From Gammaproteobacteria bacterium (GTDB lineage Bacteria; Pseudomonadota; Gammaproteobacteria; Ga0077536), in the NCBI GenBank assembly GCA_041984235.1, contig JBHIYN010000008.1, positions 220,673 to 284,672 of the forward strand: DNA of 64,000 nt, in the 5' to 3' direction. Below are positions 11,411 to 21,240 of this stretch, piece after piece. Within the stretch, counting starts at the first letter, position 1. Each line of letters opens with the position of its first letter. The notes below the pieces were generated by a model. The model was not told where the DNA came from. It did not search any database and worked only from the letters and a program-made list of their open reading frames with translations. The translations under genes and the position numbers were made by a program.

Positions 11411-11572
11411 GGGAAGGCGGTGCTCGCAGCGGGATCCGGGCCGGCGCGACGGGCAGCGGCCGGCCGTGTACGCGGGGGCTGGATGTCATGCGGCACTGCC
11501 GCAAAGCGCCGAGTATAGCGGATCGGGGCGGTCCGACCACGCTGCGCGGGAAGGCTTGAGATCACGAATAGC

Positions 11573-11604
11573 CTGTATATACTTACACCTGTTTTTTTAT
11601 ACAG
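11573..11604 (+). promoter_or_regulatory. Tandem LexA (SOS) boxes over the lexA promoter
   Basis: CTGTATATACTTACAC (11573-11588, one mismatch) abuts CTGTTTTTTTATACAG (11589-11604, perfect CTGT-N8-ACAG). TTGAGA at 11556 and TATACT at 11578 are candidate -35 and -10 elements. Confidence 0.9.
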
Positions 11605-11612
11605 GTATCACC

Positions 11613-12230
11613 ATGGTCAGCGGTCTCACCGAGCGCCAGGCGGAGATCCTCGCCCTGATCCGGGCCAGCATCCGCCGCGACGGCATGCCCCCCACCCGCG
11701 CCGAGATTGCCGCGGCGCTTGGCTTCCGCTCCGCCAACGCCGCCGAGGCGCATCTGCGTGCCCTCGAGCGCAAGGGCGTGATCGAGCTCGTGCCCGGCGC
11801 CTCGCGCGGCATTCGCGTGGTCGGTGACGATGCGCCGCGGGTCGCCGGCCTGCCGGTGGTCGGGCGGGTCGCGGCCGGGCAGCCGCTGCTCGCCGTCGAG
11901 CACATCGAGGACCACTATGCCGTCGATGCCGCGGTATTCCACCCGCGCGCCGATTACCTTCTGCGTGTGCAGGGGCAGAGCATGCGCGATGCCGGCATCC
12001 TCGACGGTGACCTGCTTGCCGTGCACACCACGCGTGAGGCGGCCAATGGCCGGATCGTGGTTGCCCGCCTGGATGACGAGGTGACCGTGAAGCGCTTCCG
12101 GCAGCGTGGTTCCAGGGTACGCCTGTTGCCCGAGAACCCCGACTTCGAACCGATCGAAGTCGACCTGGCGCGGCAGGAGCTCGTCATCGAAGGGCTGGGC
12201 GTCGGCGTCCTGCGCACGCACAGCCGATGA
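11613..12230 (+). CDS. lexA: SOS repressor LexA
   Basis: [29 protein letters not shown], the VAAG cleavage site, GQSM (Ser) and VTVKR (Lys). Start at ATG 11613. Confidence 0.97.
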   Translation: MVSGLTERQAEILALIRASIRRDGMPPTRAEIAAALGFRSANAAEAHLRALERKGVIELVPGASRGIRVVGDDAPRVAGLPVVGRVAAGQPLLAVEHIEDHYAVDAAVFHPRADYLLRVQGQSMRDAGILDGDLLAVHTTREAANGRIVVARLDDEVTVKRFRQRGSRVRLLPENPDFEPIEVDLARQELVIEGLGVGVLRTHSR

Positions 12231-12886
12231 GCCTGCAGGAGTTGATGCGCCGCGCCGGCGTCTGGCGCGCGGGAGAGCTGCCGCCGGCCGATGCGCGTGC
12301 AACCGGCTTCGCGACGCTCGACCAGGCCCTGCCCGGTGGTGGCTGGCCGCGCGTCGGTCTGACCGAGATCCTGGCGCCCACGGCGGGCATCGGCGCCCTG
12401 CGCCTGGTGTTGCCGGCGCTGGCGCGGGTGAGCGAGGAGGGCGGCTGGATCGTGTGGGTCAGCCCGCCGCACATTCCTTACCCGCCGGCGCTGCACGAGG
12501 CCGGTGTGAACCTGTCGCGCGTGCTGATCGTCGATTTACCCGACCGCTCGCCCGCGCTGCACGAAGATGTCCTGTGGGCCTGCGAGCAGGCCCTGCGCTT
12601 TGCCGACTGCAGCGCAGCCCTGTTGTGGCTGGATGACGTCAAGCCGCTGCATCTGCGCCGCCTGCAGCTCGCTGCCGAAGCCGGCGCGACCTGGGGTGTG
12701 GTCTTTCGCCCGGCACACCACGCGGTGCAGCCATCGCCGGCAGTGCTGCGGCTCGGTCTGGACGTGCCGCACGAAGATGACCGTGCCGCCGATGCACCGG
12801 ACGGGCGCACGCGCAACGCGCTCGAGGTCACGCTGCTGAAGGCGCGCGGCGCGCGTCCCGGCGCCCGTTACCGGGTCGAGACATGA
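12227..12886 (+). CDS. imuA: Translesion synthesis-associated ImuA (RecA/SulA-like)
   Basis: [16 protein letters not shown]...[14 protein letters not shown] and PSPAVLRL; overlaps the lexA stop. Confidence 0.92.
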   Translation: MSLQELMRRAGVWRAGELPPADARATGFATLDQALPGGGWPRVGLTEILAPTAGIGALRLVLPALARVSEEGGWIVWVSPPHIPYPPALHEAGVNLSRVLIVDLPDRSPALHEDVLWACEQALRFADCSAALLWLDDVKPLHLRRLQLAAEAGATWGVVFRPAHHAVQPSPAVLRLGLDVPHEDDRAADAPDGRTRNALEVTLLKARGARPGARYRVET

Positions 12887-14466
12887 ACCGTATCCTCGAT
12901 CCGGCGCGCATCCCGGCCGCACGTGGCGGCCCGGCACTGCAGGCGCTCGAACCCCTGCCGCGCCGCGCGCAGTCGCCGGCAGCGGGTGGCGCACGCGAGG
13001 CCCTGTGGCTGCATCTGCACCTGCCGCACCTGGCGCTGGAGGTCCTGCTGCGCGGCGCCGATGCCGGCAGCGCCTGCGTGCTGGCCGAGGGCGAGGGGCG
13101 CCGGCGACGGGTCGCACTGGGCAACCGGCATGCCGTGGCGCTGGGTGTACGCGCGGGCATGCCCCTGGTGGCCGCGCATGCGCTCGGCCGGCTACAGGTG
13201 CTGGAGCGCAACCCGCGCGCCGAGCAGCGTGCGCTGGAGCGCCTGTGCCAGTGGGCGATGCAGCTGACCCCGGTGGTCAGCCCGGTGGCGCCGGACGGTC
13301 TGCTGCTCGAGGTGCGCGGCAGCCTCAGGCTGTTCGGGGGTATCGATGGCCTGCTGGCACGCCTGCGGCGTGGCCTGCGGCAACTCGGGTACCGTGCCGA
13401 TTACGCGCTGGCGCCGGTGCCACTGGCGGCCTCGGTGCTGGCGCGCGCCAGGCCGCGCGAGGTGGTGCTCGATCGGCACGAGCTGCAAACCGCACTGGCG
13501 GCGTTGCCGTTGGCGGCCCTGCAGCTCGAGGCGGCGCAGCACGAGGCGCTGGGTACGCTTGGCGTGACCACCATCGGCGACTGCCGGCGGCTGCCGCGCG
13601 ACGGTCTCGCACGGCGTTTTTCCCCGGCGTTCCCGGACATGCTCGATCGCCTGTTCGGTCAGGTCCCCGACCCGCGGCCGACGATCGCCCCGTTGCAGAG
13701 CTTCGATGCCGAGATCGATCTGCCCTGGGAAGTGACCCGCTCGCAGGCCCTGCTCACGGCCGGCGAGAAACTGCTGCACGAACTCGGCGGCTACCTGATC
13801 GCCAACGCCGCGGTCACCCGCTGTCTGCGCTGGCGCCTGGTCGAACGTGACGGCGAGGTCGGGTATTTCGAGATCGGCATGGCGCGTGCCACCCGGGACA
13901 CCACGCACATGCTCGGCCTGTTGCGTGAGGCCCTGTCGCGCAGATCCCTGCGCGCACCGGTGCAGGCCATCGGGCTCAACGTCAGCGACATCAGTTTCGG
14001 TGCCGCGCCCGGCGTGCGCGATCTGTTCGACCGGCGTGAGGAAGGCGACGGCGAAGCCTGTGCCGCTTTCATCGATCGCCTGCGCTCGCGCTGCGGCGAG
14101 CAAGCGCTGCGTACGCTCGGCCTGCGTAGCGCACACCGGCCGGAGCAGGCCTGGTGCTGGCGACAGCCGGCGGTGCTGCCGCAGCGCAGGGTGGCGGGCC
14201 TGGCGCACGTCGAAGGGGCCCGCGCGCGCCGGCCGCTATGGCTGCTGAGACGCGCGGTGAAGCTCGAGGTCCGTGATCGCGCGCCCCTGTTCGACGGACC
14301 GCTGGAGCTGACCCCGGACCGCGAGCGTATCGTCAATGGCTGGTGGGACGATGCCGGTGTCGCACGCGACTATTACGTCGCGACCACGGTGCGCGGCGGC
14401 CGACTGTGGATCTATCGCGAGCTCGGTGGCGAGCGGCACTGGTACCTGCACGGGATCTTCGAGTAG
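12883..14466 (+). CDS. imuB: Inactive Y-family polymerase ImuB
   Basis: GVRAGM, TPVVS...DGLLLEVRGSLRLFGG, RPLWLL, ERIVNGWWD...RDYY and a C-terminal WYLHGIFE. Confidence 0.92.
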   Translation: MNRILDPARIPAARGGPALQALEPLPRRAQSPAAGGAREALWLHLHLPHLALEVLLRGADAGSACVLAEGEGRRRRVALGNRHAVALGVRAGMPLVAAHALGRLQVLERNPRAEQRALERLCQWAMQLTPVVSPVAPDGLLLEVRGSLRLFGGIDGLLARLRRGLRQLGYRADYALAPVPLAASVLARARPREVVLDRHELQTALAALPLAALQLEAAQHEALGTLGVTTIGDCRRLPRDGLARRFSPAFPDMLDRLFGQVPDPRPTIAPLQSFDAEIDLPWEVTRSQALLTAGEKLLHELGGYLIANAAVTRCLRWRLVERDGEVGYFEIGMARATRDTTHMLGLLREALSRRSLRAPVQAIGLNVSDISFGAAPGVRDLFDRREEGDGEACAAFIDRLRSRCGEQALRTLGLRSAHRPEQAWCWRQPAVLPQRRVAGLAHVEGARARRPLWLLRRAVKLEVRDRAPLFDGPLELTPDRERIVNGWWDDAGVARDYYVATTVRGGRLWIYRELGGERHWYLHGIFE

Positions 14467-14764
14467 CCACCCGTCGCGCAGCGTGAACGTGCGCTTAACC
14501 TGCCGCGTGTCAGGCTCCCCGGTCGTGACCTGGCGGCGATCCCGCGGTGGCGGCAGACGGCCTGCGGTGGCATCCCGGATTGCCGCGCCGGTGTTCCGCC
14601 GCGCGCTTACCAATGAAGAACTTATTGCATATCTGGCCGCAGACGACGAGAATTCGCACCACGGTCCCGGTCTCGGGACCATCCGGGGGCGAGAACCATC
14701 ACACCTCCAGCCCTGTGCTCCCGGATCAGTCACCACTGCCGCGAACTAAAGCGGAATAAAATAC

Positions 14765-14792
14765 CTGACGGATGTTACGAACGGGTTATAAT
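14765..14792 (+). promoter_or_regulatory. Putative sigma70 promoter of the sphingolipid core operon
   Basis: CTGACG-N16-TATAAT with a perfect -10 at 14787-14792, ~80 bp before ATG 14873. Confidence 0.5.
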
Positions 14793-14872
14793 CCCGGCCG
14801 CTGTATCAAGGGGGGCGACTCGCGTTCTGCGGGGGCGTTGATTCAGGCTTTTCAATTTCGATCCTATTCACG

Positions 14873-16621
14873 ATGAAAGCAACTAAAATCAATAAGTTAC
14901 TTCCTCTGCGCAACGCTTCTTTCGAGACCCTGACGGACGCACTGGAGTACGCCGCCGAAGGCGAGACCGGATACAACTTCTACGACGGGCGCGGCGAGTT
15001 GTTCGCCGTACTCAGTTACCGTGACCTGCGCGATCAGGCCCGCGCCCTGGGGCGCCGCCTGCGCGGACTCGGACTCAAGCGCGGTGCTCGCGTTGCCATC
15101 GTGGCCGAAACCGAGCCGATGTTTCATCGGTTTTTCTTCGCCTGCCAGTACGCCGGTTTCATTCCGGTATCGCTGCCGGCCGGCTTCCAGCTCGGCGCTC
15201 GCAAGGCCTACGTCGAACAGCTCGAGCGCATGCTCGACAGCTGCGGTGCCGACGTCGCCGTCGCGCCCGAATCACATGTCGGACTGCTGCGGCAGGCCGT
15301 CGAACGCCTCGACCTGGTCAAGGCGGGCACTCCGGAAGAGTTCGACCAGCTCGACGACAACGATCTCGAGCTCCAGCCGCTGGGCGCCGACGAGCCCGCC
15401 TACCTGCAGTACACCTCGGGCAGCACCCGTTTCCCGCGTGGTGTCGAGATCTCGCAGCACACCGTGATGACCAACCTGCGCGACATCGCCGTGCATGGCC
15501 TGCGCATCACCGAGCAGGATCGCATGGTGGCCTGGCTGCCGCTGTATCACGACATGGGACTGGTCGGCTTCGTGCTGTTGCCGCTCGGCAGCCAGCTTTC
15601 GGCGGACTACCTCAGCCCGCGTACCTTCGCCATGCGCCCGCGCCTGTGGCTGAAGGTGATCTCGGAGAATCGCGGCACCATTTCCTCCAGCCCGCCGTTC
15701 GGTTATGCGCTGTGCGCCAAGCGTCTGCGCCTGACCGACCAGGATCGGTACGACCTCAGCTCCTGGCGCGTCGCCTGTGTCGGCGCCGAGCGCATCCACC
15801 CGGAGCCCCTGCGCCAGTTCGCGCACGTACTGGAGCCGGCGAAGTTCGACGCGAATGCCTTCGTCGCCTGTTACGGCATGGCCGAATGCGCGCTCGCGAT
15901 CAGCTTCGCGGAACTCGGCAGCGGTATCGATTCGGTCAAGGTCGACAAGGAGAAAATGTCGGTCGAGGGCCGCGTCGAGATCGTCGCCGACAGCAATGGC
16001 GGCACCGATACCCTGACCTTCGTCGACTGCGGCAAGATTCTGCCGAGCTTCGAGTTGGCAATCCGCGATGACGACGGCCGCGACCTGCCCGACTACGAGT
16101 GCGGGCGTATCTGCCTGCGCGGTGACAGCGTGATGAACGGCTACTTCCAGAATCCCACGGCCACGGCCGAGGTCCTGTCCGACGACGGCTGGCTCGATAC
16201 CGGTGACATCGGCTATCGCGTCGGCGATCACGTAGTGGTCACGGCACGGCGCAAGGACGTCATCATCGTCAATGGCCGCAACATCTGGCCGCACGATCTC
16301 GAATACCTCGCCGAGAGCCTGCCGGGCGTACGCTTCGGCAACGTCTCCGCGTTCTCCTTCGCCGACGACAGCGGCGCAGACCAGGTCGTGATGGTGGTCG
16401 AGTCGCGCGAGACCAATCCCGCCAAGGCGCGCGAGTTGTGTGACCAGCTGCGTGCCCTGATCGTGGAGCACTTCGGCATCACCTGCCATATCGACCTGGT
16501 GCCGCCGCGAACCCTGCCGCGGACCTCTTCGGGCAAGCTGTCGCGCTCCAAGGCCAAGCAGGACTTCCTGGCGCGAGCGCAACAGGGCGTCGGCGGCATC
16601 ATCGCCGGCGCCAATGGATGA
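14873..16621 (+). CDS. Fatty acyl-AMP ligase / acyl-ACP synthetase (sphingolipid cluster)
   Basis: YLQYTSGSTRFPRGV, WLPLYHDMGLVG, CYGMAE, WLDTGDIG and PRTSSGKL. Confidence 0.9.
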   Translation: MKATKINKLLPLRNASFETLTDALEYAAEGETGYNFYDGRGELFAVLSYRDLRDQARALGRRLRGLGLKRGARVAIVAETEPMFHRFFFACQYAGFIPVSLPAGFQLGARKAYVEQLERMLDSCGADVAVAPESHVGLLRQAVERLDLVKAGTPEEFDQLDDNDLELQPLGADEPAYLQYTSGSTRFPRGVEISQHTVMTNLRDIAVHGLRITEQDRMVAWLPLYHDMGLVGFVLLPLGSQLSADYLSPRTFAMRPRLWLKVISENRGTISSSPPFGYALCAKRLRLTDQDRYDLSSWRVACVGAERIHPEPLRQFAHVLEPAKFDANAFVACYGMAECALAISFAELGSGIDSVKVDKEKMSVEGRVEIVADSNGGTDTLTFVDCGKILPSFELAIRDDDGRDLPDYECGRICLRGDSVMNGYFQNPTATAEVLSDDGWLDTGDIGYRVGDHVVVTARRKDVIIVNGRNIWPHDLEYLAESLPGVRFGNVSAFSFADDSGADQVVMVVESRETNPAKARELCDQLRALIVEHFGITCHIDLVPPRTLPRTSSGKLSRSKAKQDFLARAQQGVGGIIAGANG

Positions 16622-17564
16622 CGCGCGCTCCGGTATAGACCACGTCCTGCTGACCGGCGCCACCGGCTTCATCGGTGGCCACCTGCAGACCGCCCTGGCG
16701 GCCGCCGGGTACCGCGTCACCGCCCTGGTGCGGCCGGACTCCCCGCACCGGGACCGCGTCGCCAGCGGCGTCGGGGTGTGCGAAGCAGCGCTCGACGATG
16801 GCGCCGCGCTGACCGCGGCAGTCGCCGACGCCGACCTCGTCATCTACGCCGCGGGCGCGGTACGTGGCCGTGATACGGCTGACTTCGAGCCGGCCAATGT
16901 CGATGGTCTGCGCAACATCGTCAGCGCGGTGCGGCAGGCGCCGCGGCGTCCGGCGGTCGTCCTGATTTCGTCGCTGGCCGCGTCGCGCCCGGCGCTCTCC
17001 GCCTATGCCGCGAGCAAGGCCGCCGGCGAAGCCGTGCTGGCGGGGGTGACGGAGGTCGCCTGGACCATCCTGCGTCCGCCGGCGGTGTACGGACCCGGTG
17101 ATCGCGAGATGCGCCCGTTGTTCGAGGCCATGCGCCGCGGATTCGCATTGCGCGTCGGCCCGCGCGAACAGCGCCTGTCGCTGCTCTACGCGGTCGATCT
17201 CGCCGCCGCGGTATGCGCGGTGACCGGAGCACTGCCGCGCTGCCACGGACGGACCTTCGACCTCGACGACGGCCGCACAAACGGTTATGGCTGGCCGGAC
17301 ATCCTGGCCGCGGTCAGGGGGCAGCGGCCGGCACTGACCGTGCCGGTGCCACGCTGCCTGCTCATGATGCTGGCCGGCGCCAATCTCGCGCTGGCGCGCG
17401 TGCTGGGCTACCGCCCCATGCTCACGCCGGGCAAGGTGCGTGAACTTTCGGAGCCTGCCTGGCTCTGCAATAATCACGCGCTTTCCACGGCAACGGGTTG
17501 GGCGCCGCGCTTTACCCTAGAATCCGGAGTGCGCGCCACCTTTGCCAGCCATGGCCTGCCCTGA
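16614..17564 (+). CDS. NAD-dependent epimerase/dehydratase family; CerR-like ceramide reductase candidate
   Basis: TGATGFIG, SSLAA, YAASK (YxxxK) and RPPAVYGPGD; lies between the ligase and acp-spt, as in known ceramide clusters. Confidence 0.8.
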   Translation: MDDARSGIDHVLLTGATGFIGGHLQTALAAAGYRVTALVRPDSPHRDRVASGVGVCEAALDDGAALTAAVADADLVIYAAGAVRGRDTADFEPANVDGLRNIVSAVRQAPRRPAVVLISSLAASRPALSAYAASKAAGEAVLAGVTEVAWTILRPPAVYGPGDREMRPLFEAMRRGFALRVGPREQRLSLLYAVDLAAAVCAVTGALPRCHGRTFDLDDGRTNGYGWPDILAAVRGQRPALTVPVPRCLLMMLAGANLALARVLGYRPMLTPGKVRELSEPAWLCNNHALSTATGWAPRFTLESGVRATFASHGLP

Positions 17565-17810
17565 ATGACCGCACAAGACGCCATCGTCGAGACCCTGATC
17601 GCACTGCTGCAGAAGTCGCTGGACGCGCCGCGGGCGCTGTCGGCCGACACGGCGTTGATCGCCGATCTCGGCCTGGAGTCGATCCAGGTCATCGAGTACC
17701 TGTGCGAGGTCGAGGATCGCTTCGACCTCGCCATCAACGAGGACACCCTGGCGGACGTGCGCACCGTCGGCGACCTGGCCGCGGTGGTGCAGCGCCTGCA
17801 GGAGGCCTGA
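17565..17810 (+). CDS. Dedicated acyl carrier protein
   Basis: Acidic 81-aa protein with DLGLESIQ (Ppant Ser), EDRFDLAI and TVGDL. Confidence 0.9.
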   Translation: MTAQDAIVETLIALLQKSLDAPRALSADTALIADLGLESIQVIEYLCEVEDRFDLAINEDTLADVRTVGDLAAVVQRLQEA

Positions 17811-17816
17811 TCCGCG

Positions 17817-19016
17817 ATGGCGTTGTTCGACAAGTTCCAGCAGGCGGCCGCGACCCGCGACCTGCTCACCGCGCTGCCGGTGAATCCCACCGACATCGTC
17901 ATCGAGCAGGTACTGTCGGCGACCGAAGCGGTGGTGCGCGGCAAGCCTACCATCATGGCGGGGACCAACAACTACCTGGGCCTGACCTTCGACCCCGAAT
18001 GCATCGCCGCCGGCCAGCGTGCGCTGGCGGAAGCCGGCACCGGTACGACCGGCTCGCGCATGGCCAACGGGACCTACCAGGCGCATCTCGACCTCGAACG
18101 CGAGCTCGCGGCGTTTTTCGGTGTGCCGTACGCGATGGTGTTCTCGACCGGCTATGCCGCCAATCTCGGTTCACTGGTTGCGTTGCTGGGTGCCGGCGAC
18201 GCGGTGCTGATCGACTCCGAGGCGCACGCCAGCCTGTTCGACGGTTGCCGCATGAGCGGTGCGGACATCTTCCGCTTTCGCCACAACGATCCGGAGGGAC
18301 TGGCCAAGCGCCTGCGTCGGCTCGGCGAACGCGCGCGAGATGCCCTGATCGTGGTCGAGGGCCTGTACAGTATTCGCGGCGATCGCGCGCCGCTGAAAGA
18401 GTACGCGGCGGTGCGCGACGAGTACGGCGGCCTGCTGTTCATCGACGAGGCCCACTCGCTGGGGCTGTTCGGCGCGCACGGGCGCGGACTGGCCGAGGCC
18501 GAGGGGATCTTGGAGTCGACCGATTTCATCGTCGGCACGTTCAGCAAGAGCCTCGGTTCCATCGGCGGGTTCTGCGTCTCCCGTCATCCCGAGCTCGGCC
18601 TGTTCCGCTACGCGAGCCGGCCCTACATTTTCACCGCGTCGCCTTGCCCGTCGGTGATCGCCACCACGCGGGTCGCGTTGCGTCGACTGGCGGAGGAGCC
18701 CGCATTGCGGGAGCGGGTATGGCGTAACGCCGAGCGTCTTTACGCCGCGCTCGCGGCAATGGGGTTGTCGCTGGGACCGCACGTGAGCCCGGTGGTCGGC
18801 GTGGCCTTTGGTGAGCGCGAGCGGGCGCTGAGCTGCTGGCAGGGCCTGCTGGATGCCGGTGTGTATACCAATCTCATCCTGCCTCCCGCGGCACCCGAGG
18901 GCGGCAGTCTGATCCGCTGCAGCGTGACTGCCGCTCATAGCGATGATCAGATCGACGCCATCATCGCCGCCTTCGCGGCGGTGCACGGGGGAGCCGACGC
19001 CGGCTGCGCGGCCTGA
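17817..19016 (+). CDS. spt: Serine palmitoyltransferase (alpha-oxoamine synthase family)
   Basis: GTNNYLGLTFDP, GSRMANGT, FSTGYAANLG, DEAHS, GTFSKSLG (PLP Lys) and RPYIFTAS, all resembling Sphingomonas/Caulobacter Spt; gene context agrees. Confidence 0.85.
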   Translation: MALFDKFQQAAATRDLLTALPVNPTDIVIEQVLSATEAVVRGKPTIMAGTNNYLGLTFDPECIAAGQRALAEAGTGTTGSRMANGTYQAHLDLERELAAFFGVPYAMVFSTGYAANLGSLVALLGAGDAVLIDSEAHASLFDGCRMSGADIFRFRHNDPEGLAKRLRRLGERARDALIVVEGLYSIRGDRAPLKEYAAVRDEYGGLLFIDEAHSLGLFGAHGRGLAEAEGILESTDFIVGTFSKSLGSIGGFCVSRHPELGLFRYASRPYIFTASPCPSVIATTRVALRRLAEEPALRERVWRNAERLYAALAAMGLSLGPHVSPVVGVAFGERERALSCWQGLLDAGVYTNLILPPAAPEGGSLIRCSVTAAHSDDQIDAIIAAFAAVHGGADAGCAA

Positions 19017-19030
19017 GCGGCGCGAAAGAC

Positions 19031-20347
19031 TCAGCGGCTGCTGAGGGCGCGCCGCACGATCAAGGCGAGCGCCCCGAGCATCAGCGTATTCAACACGAGG
19101 TGAGCTACCCCGGGTGCGCTGGCGCCGATACGAGGCGCCAGGGCGACGAAAGCGCACACGTAGATCACCGCACCGGCGCCCTGCGCGGCGAGCGCGGTGC
19201 CGGCGTGCCCCAGCGTGTACGCGGCGGGGCGCAGCGGCGCCGCGGCCAGTTCCATGCCGGCCGCGGCGACGAGCCAGGTCAGCAGGGTCGCCGCCGGCAC
19301 GTAGTCGGCTCCCAGGGTTAGCCCGAGCAGGGCCTTGCCGAACCACCAGGCGACCAGGATCACTGCCGTCGCCGGCAGCGCGAGCAGGCTGACGACGCTC
19401 ACGATGACCTCGGCGAACGCGCCCTCACCCCGGTGCAGCATGCGGGCCAGGTCGGGGAAAATCGCCTGGCGTACCAGCAGGGCCGGCTTCGACACGACGT
19501 TGGCAAATTCGCGCGCGATGCGGAACAGGGCCGCGCCCTCGTTGCCGAGCAGGGCGCCGGCGAGCAGCGTGCCCAGTGCCTTGGGCACGAGATCGAGCGA
19601 GCTCTGCCAGTAGATCACATGCAGGAAATGGCCGATGCCGGGATGGCGGGCGCGCAGCGCGGGCAGATCGATCGGCGCGCGCCACTGCGGCGCCGGGATG
19701 CGGGCGCGCGCTTCGCGCCACCCGAAGACCTGCTCGGCGAGGTACTGGCCCGCCTGGGAAACCGCCCACACTGCGGCTACGGTGGTCGGTGTCGCCGTTC
19801 CCGACAGGGTAAGCGCAAGGACCCCGGCCAGTCTCAGGCCGTTGCCGAGGAGCAGGGCCGCGCTCAGCAGGTAGAAGCGATCGAAGCTGCGCAGTATCCC
19901 GCTGGCCGTGCCCTGGCCAGCGGTCAGCAGCAGCAGGCAATAGGCCATGGCGGTGTGCTCGGTCGCCGCGGTCCACACGTCGAAGGCCGTCATCAGACGC
20001 ACGCCTGCCAGTGCCACCAGCGTGCCGGTTACAGCGGAGAGCACGTCGATGACCAGGCCCGCGCGCAGCAGGCGGGCGAGCGCCGCGTGATCGCGATCCT
20101 CGATCAGCGGAACCCCGTAGCGCACGATCGCCTCGAACGGCTTCAGGTTGATCAGTCCGCGCACGGTGAGCACGTAGGCGTGCAGCAGCGCGACCAGGCC
20201 GAAACCGGCCGGACCGAGGACGCGGGCCGCGATCAGGGTCGACGACAAGGCCAGCACGGCGCCGATGGCACGCCCGCCGAGGAGCATGGCGAAATTGCGC
20301 ACGACGCGATCGAGCGCCTGGCGTGCGGCGCTGCGGCTCGCGGTCAC
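19031..20347 (-). CDS. MOP/Wzx-like (polysaccharide biosynthesis family) flippase
   Basis: Many hydrophobic segments and an N-terminal RNFAMLLGG...ARVLGPAGFG typical of Wzx. GTG 20347 overlaps the upstream TGA; ATG 20377 is an alternative start. Confidence 0.8.
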   Translation of the reverse strand: MTASRSAARQALDRVVRNFAMLLGGRAIGAVLALSSTLIAARVLGPAGFGLVALLHAYVLTVRGLINLKPFEAIVRYGVPLIEDRDHAALARLLRAGLVIDVLSAVTGTLVALAGVRLMTAFDVWTAATEHTAMAYCLLLLTAGQGTASGILRSFDRFYLLSAALLLGNGLRLAGVLALTLSGTATPTTVAAVWAVSQAGQYLAEQVFGWREARARIPAPQWRAPIDLPALRARHPGIGHFLHVIYWQSSLDLVPKALGTLLAGALLGNEGAALFRIAREFANVVSKPALLVRQAIFPDLARMLHRGEGAFAEVIVSVVSLLALPATAVILVAWWFGKALLGLTLGADYVPAATLLTWLVAAAGMELAAAPLRPAAYTLGHAGTALAAQGAGAVIYVCAFVALAPRIGASAPGVAHLVLNTLMLGALALIVRRALSSR

Positions 20348-21240
20348 CGGAAACCGCCGCGTCGATACAGGCGCCATAACAGGCCCCAGGCAAACAGCAG
20401 GGGGTGCCGGCGCTGCAACGGGGTCGGTTCCTCGCGTACGCCGCTGTGCCGCTCGACCTTCCACACGACGTAGTCGAGCGGATCGTTGAACGTGAAGGCG
20501 GCCTTGAGCAGCCGTGCCACCGACAGTGCCTTGCCGTACGCGCGCCGCAGCCACCAGCGGCGCCGGGCGCGCGCCTGCGCTCCGCCCGCGGCGCTGCGCC
20601 GCCACCGGGCGGGTCCGTCGGCTGCCAGCCCGGTGGCCGGCGCCAGTCGTGCGGTCATCGTCTGCAGCTCCTCGGCGTAACGCCGCGCCAGCTCGTCGCC
20701 GCGGCCGGGCGGCTCGCTGCGCAGCTCGCAGGCGTAGGTCGCGGCGAACGCGTGGCGCCACAGCTCCGTCGTGCTGAACGTCTCGTCGAGCAGGTCGGCG
20801 ACCTCTGTGATCATGCGTTGTGCCGCGCGCTCGCGCAGTGTCTCCAGGCGCGTTACGATCGCCGGCGAGCGGGCCTGAACGACGACGAAAGGCTGCGCGA
20901 AGCGCGCCCAGAAGTAGCCGTGGAAATCATGCGCCACCGCGTCCTCGAGGCCGGCCAGCGTCACCGTTGCGTACTTGGCTGCGACGCGTTCGCCGCCGGT
21001 GTCGAGGACCAGGTGGTAGACGTTCGGCGGCAACAGGCGATTAGACAGCGCGGCGAGGCGCGAGCCGAGCGCGTCGTAGTCGTCGAGCAGGACGTAGAAG
21101 TCGAGCACCGTGTCACGGCTGCCGCGCAGCCACGAGCCGTACAACAGCACGGCTACCATGCGGTCGCCGAAGCGTTCGGCTAAGGCCTTGGCGAAACGCT
21201 GCGGCAGGTCTTCGTCGGCGGTTGCCGCGGGATCAGTCAT
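20344..21240 (-). CDS. Nucleotidyltransferase-fold protein, Tam41-like (CpgA-like candidate cytidylyltransferase)
   Basis: AVLLYGS..R....LDFYVLLDDY (GS/DxD-type NTase), LLPPNVY, YFWARFAQP and DYVVWKVERHSG. Confidence 0.6.
   Translation of the reverse strand: MTDPAATADEDLPQRFAKALAERFGDRMVAVLLYGSWLRGSRDTVLDFYVLLDDYDALGSRLAALSNRLLPPNVYHLVLDTGGERVAAKYATVTLAGLEDAVAHDFHGYFWARFAQPFVVVQARSPAIVTRLETLRERAAQRMITEVADLLDETFSTTELWRHAFAATYACELRSEPPGRGDELARRYAEELQTMTARLAPATGLAADGPARWRRSAAGGAQARARRRWWLRRAYGKALSVARLLKAAFTFNDPLDYVVWKVERHSGVREEPTPLQRRHPLLFAWGLLWRLYRRGGFR

Noticed and set aside
14568-14583. TGGCA...TTGC as a sigma54 promoter
   Set aside because: The GG-to-GC spacing is 11 nt, not the required 10.
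14873-17810. NRPS/PKS lipopeptide cluster
   Set aside because: FAAL and ACP are present, but there are no condensation, ketosynthase or thioesterase domains.
17817-19016. BioF or Kbl assignment for the PLP enzyme
   Set aside because: No biotin or threonine-catabolism neighbours; the motifs and the ACP/ligase/reductase/GNAT context fit Spt better.
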